Positions 62,909-64,000 of a DNA stretch of 64,000 nt are shown piece by piece. The first letter of the stretch is position 1; each line of letters opens with the position of its first letter. The stretch comes from Candidatus Spongiisociaceae bacterium (GTDB lineage Bacteria; Actinomycetota; Acidimicrobiia; Spongiisociales; Spongiisociaceae). A model generated the notes under the pieces. That model was given only the letters and a program-made list of their open reading frames with translations, did no database searches and was not told the DNA's origin. The position numbers and the translations under genes are program-made. The stretch is taken from positions 64,001 through 128,000 of the forward strand of contig OZ241841.1 in the NCBI GenBank assembly GCA_965202665.1. Direction: 5' to 3'.

Positions 62909-64000
62909 ACGGGAATCCCCATCAGGTAATGCCGGGCGGCCCCCACGATGTCCACTTCCAGCAACGTGCCGGGAGGGTACCGGCCCGGCACATGGGTGAC
63001 CGTGTTGCCCCGGGTGCGGGTGGCGGCCGTGTCCGGGTCTTTGCGGGAGGGGCCTTCCGCCATCACCTCCAAGCGGCTTCCCACCCGGCGGCGGTTGTTC
63101 TCCTCCCCGATGGCGGCCTGCATTTCGGTGAGGCGGGCGAACCGCTCTTTGGCCGCGGCGGACGGGACGAACCGGTCGCCCATCTGCGCCGCCCGGGTGC
63201 CGGGGCGGGCCGAAAACAGGAACATGTAGGCGTGGTCGAAGCGGGCGGTTTCCACTACGCGCAGGGTGCGTTGAAAGTCCTCCTCCGTTTCGCCCGGGAA
63301 GCCGACGATGATGTCGGTGGAAACCGTCAGGCCGTCCACCGCCTCCCGGGCCATCTCCAGCCGTTTCAGGAACTTGTCGGCCGTGTATCCGCGGTGCATG
63401 GCGGCCAGGATGCGGTCCGAACCGGACTGGAGCGGGAAATGGAGCTGCTCGCACACCGCCGGGGTTTCGGCCATCGCCTCCGCCACCTCCGGGCGGAAGT
63501 CGTTGGGGTGGGGGCTGGTGAAGCGGATGCGTTTGATGCCCTCCACTTCCCCCACCCGGCGCAACAGGTCGGCGAAGATGGGGCGGCGGCGCCCGTCGAT
63601 GGCCAGGTCCCGCCCGTAAGTGTTGACGTTTTGGCCGAGCAACGTCACCTCCGCCGTCCCGTCCGCGGCCAGTTGTTCCACCTCCCGGATTACGTCCCCC
63701 GGACGGCGGCTGATTTCCGGCCCCCGCACCGCGGGCACGATGCAGAAGGTGCATGTGTTGTTGCATCCGACCTGGATGGTCACCCAGGCGGAATGGGCGG
63801 ATTCCCGGCGGACGGGCAGGTCGGAGGGCATGGCGGCCAGCTGGTCGGCGATTTCGGTTACCGGCCCCCATTCTTCGGCCTGGTCCAGCAGGTGCAGCAC
63901 CCGGTCCAGGTTGTGGGTGCCCAGCACCACGTCCACCCACGGGGCCCGCTCCCGCACCAGCTCCCGGTCTTTTTGGGCGGCGCACCCGCCCACGATCAGC
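62905..64000 (-). CDS. miaB: tRNA-2-methylthio-N6-dimethylallyladenosine synthase, 3' part
   Basis: Radical SAM GCNNTCTFC, LLGQNVN, RFTSPHP, TDIIVGFPGETEEDF, C-terminal TRAM. Confidence 0.97.
   Translation of the reverse strand, partial: LIVGGCAAQKDRELVRERAPWVDVVLGTHNLDRVLHLLDQAEEWGPVTEIADQLAAMPSDLPVRRESAHSAWVTIQVGCNNTCTFCIVPAVRGPEISRRPGDVIREVEQLAADGTAEVTLLGQNVNTYGRDLAIDGRRRPIFADLLRRVGEVEGIKRIRFTSPHPNDFRPEVAEAMAETPAVCEQLHFPLQSGSDRILAAMHRGYTADKFLKRLEMAREAVDGLTVSTDIIVGFPGETEEDFQRTLRVVETARFDHAYMFLFSARPGTRAAQMGDRFVPSAAAKERFARLTEMQAAIGEENNRRRVGSRLEVMAEGPSRKDPDTAATRTRGNTVTHVPGRYPPGTLLEVDIVGAARHYLMGIPV

Overview
High-GC actinobacterial chromosome segment. The gene set and order (mIHF, helicase-motif-less PriA, CGAAC-N4-GTTCG LexA boxes, pyrR-first pyr operon) point to Actinomycetota, probably Acidimicrobiia; that assignment is inference. 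About 85% is conserved housekeeping DNA on the minus strand: miaB-miaA-dapF; lexA/LysM; dut; Gly-Cys-Val and Val tRNAs; ctaA/ctaB; a Tad/Flp pilus operon; ruvCAB-queA-tgt-yajC-secDF-apt-rel-hisS-aspS-rarA-alaS-ruvX-mltG-aroE-prepilin peptidase-aroC-aroKB-efp-nusB; pyrR-pyrB-pyrC-carA-carB-pyrD-pyrF; mIHF-gmk-rpoZ-coaBC-metK-priA-def. Accessory patches are a solitary low-GC fused restriction-modification gene (15.2-18.0 kb), a low-GC exported protein (32.7-34.1 kb), tandem small paralogs after the Tad operon (44.3-45.0 kb), a duplicated zincin-like gene, and a 1.4 kb patch after lexA. That last patch holds an orphan HicB, a 374-bp internally deleted IS481 and a ~600-bp segment whose CCG/CGG versus CTG/CAG balance is the inverse of the host's. 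Other notable signals are a PyrR-binding hairpin that drives a 29-codon leader ORF coupled to pyrR, apparent CTG start codons, and a possible tandem Sm-fold protein. No CRISPR array, rRNA or intact prophage was seen. All product calls come from motif recognition and gene order, not from database searches.
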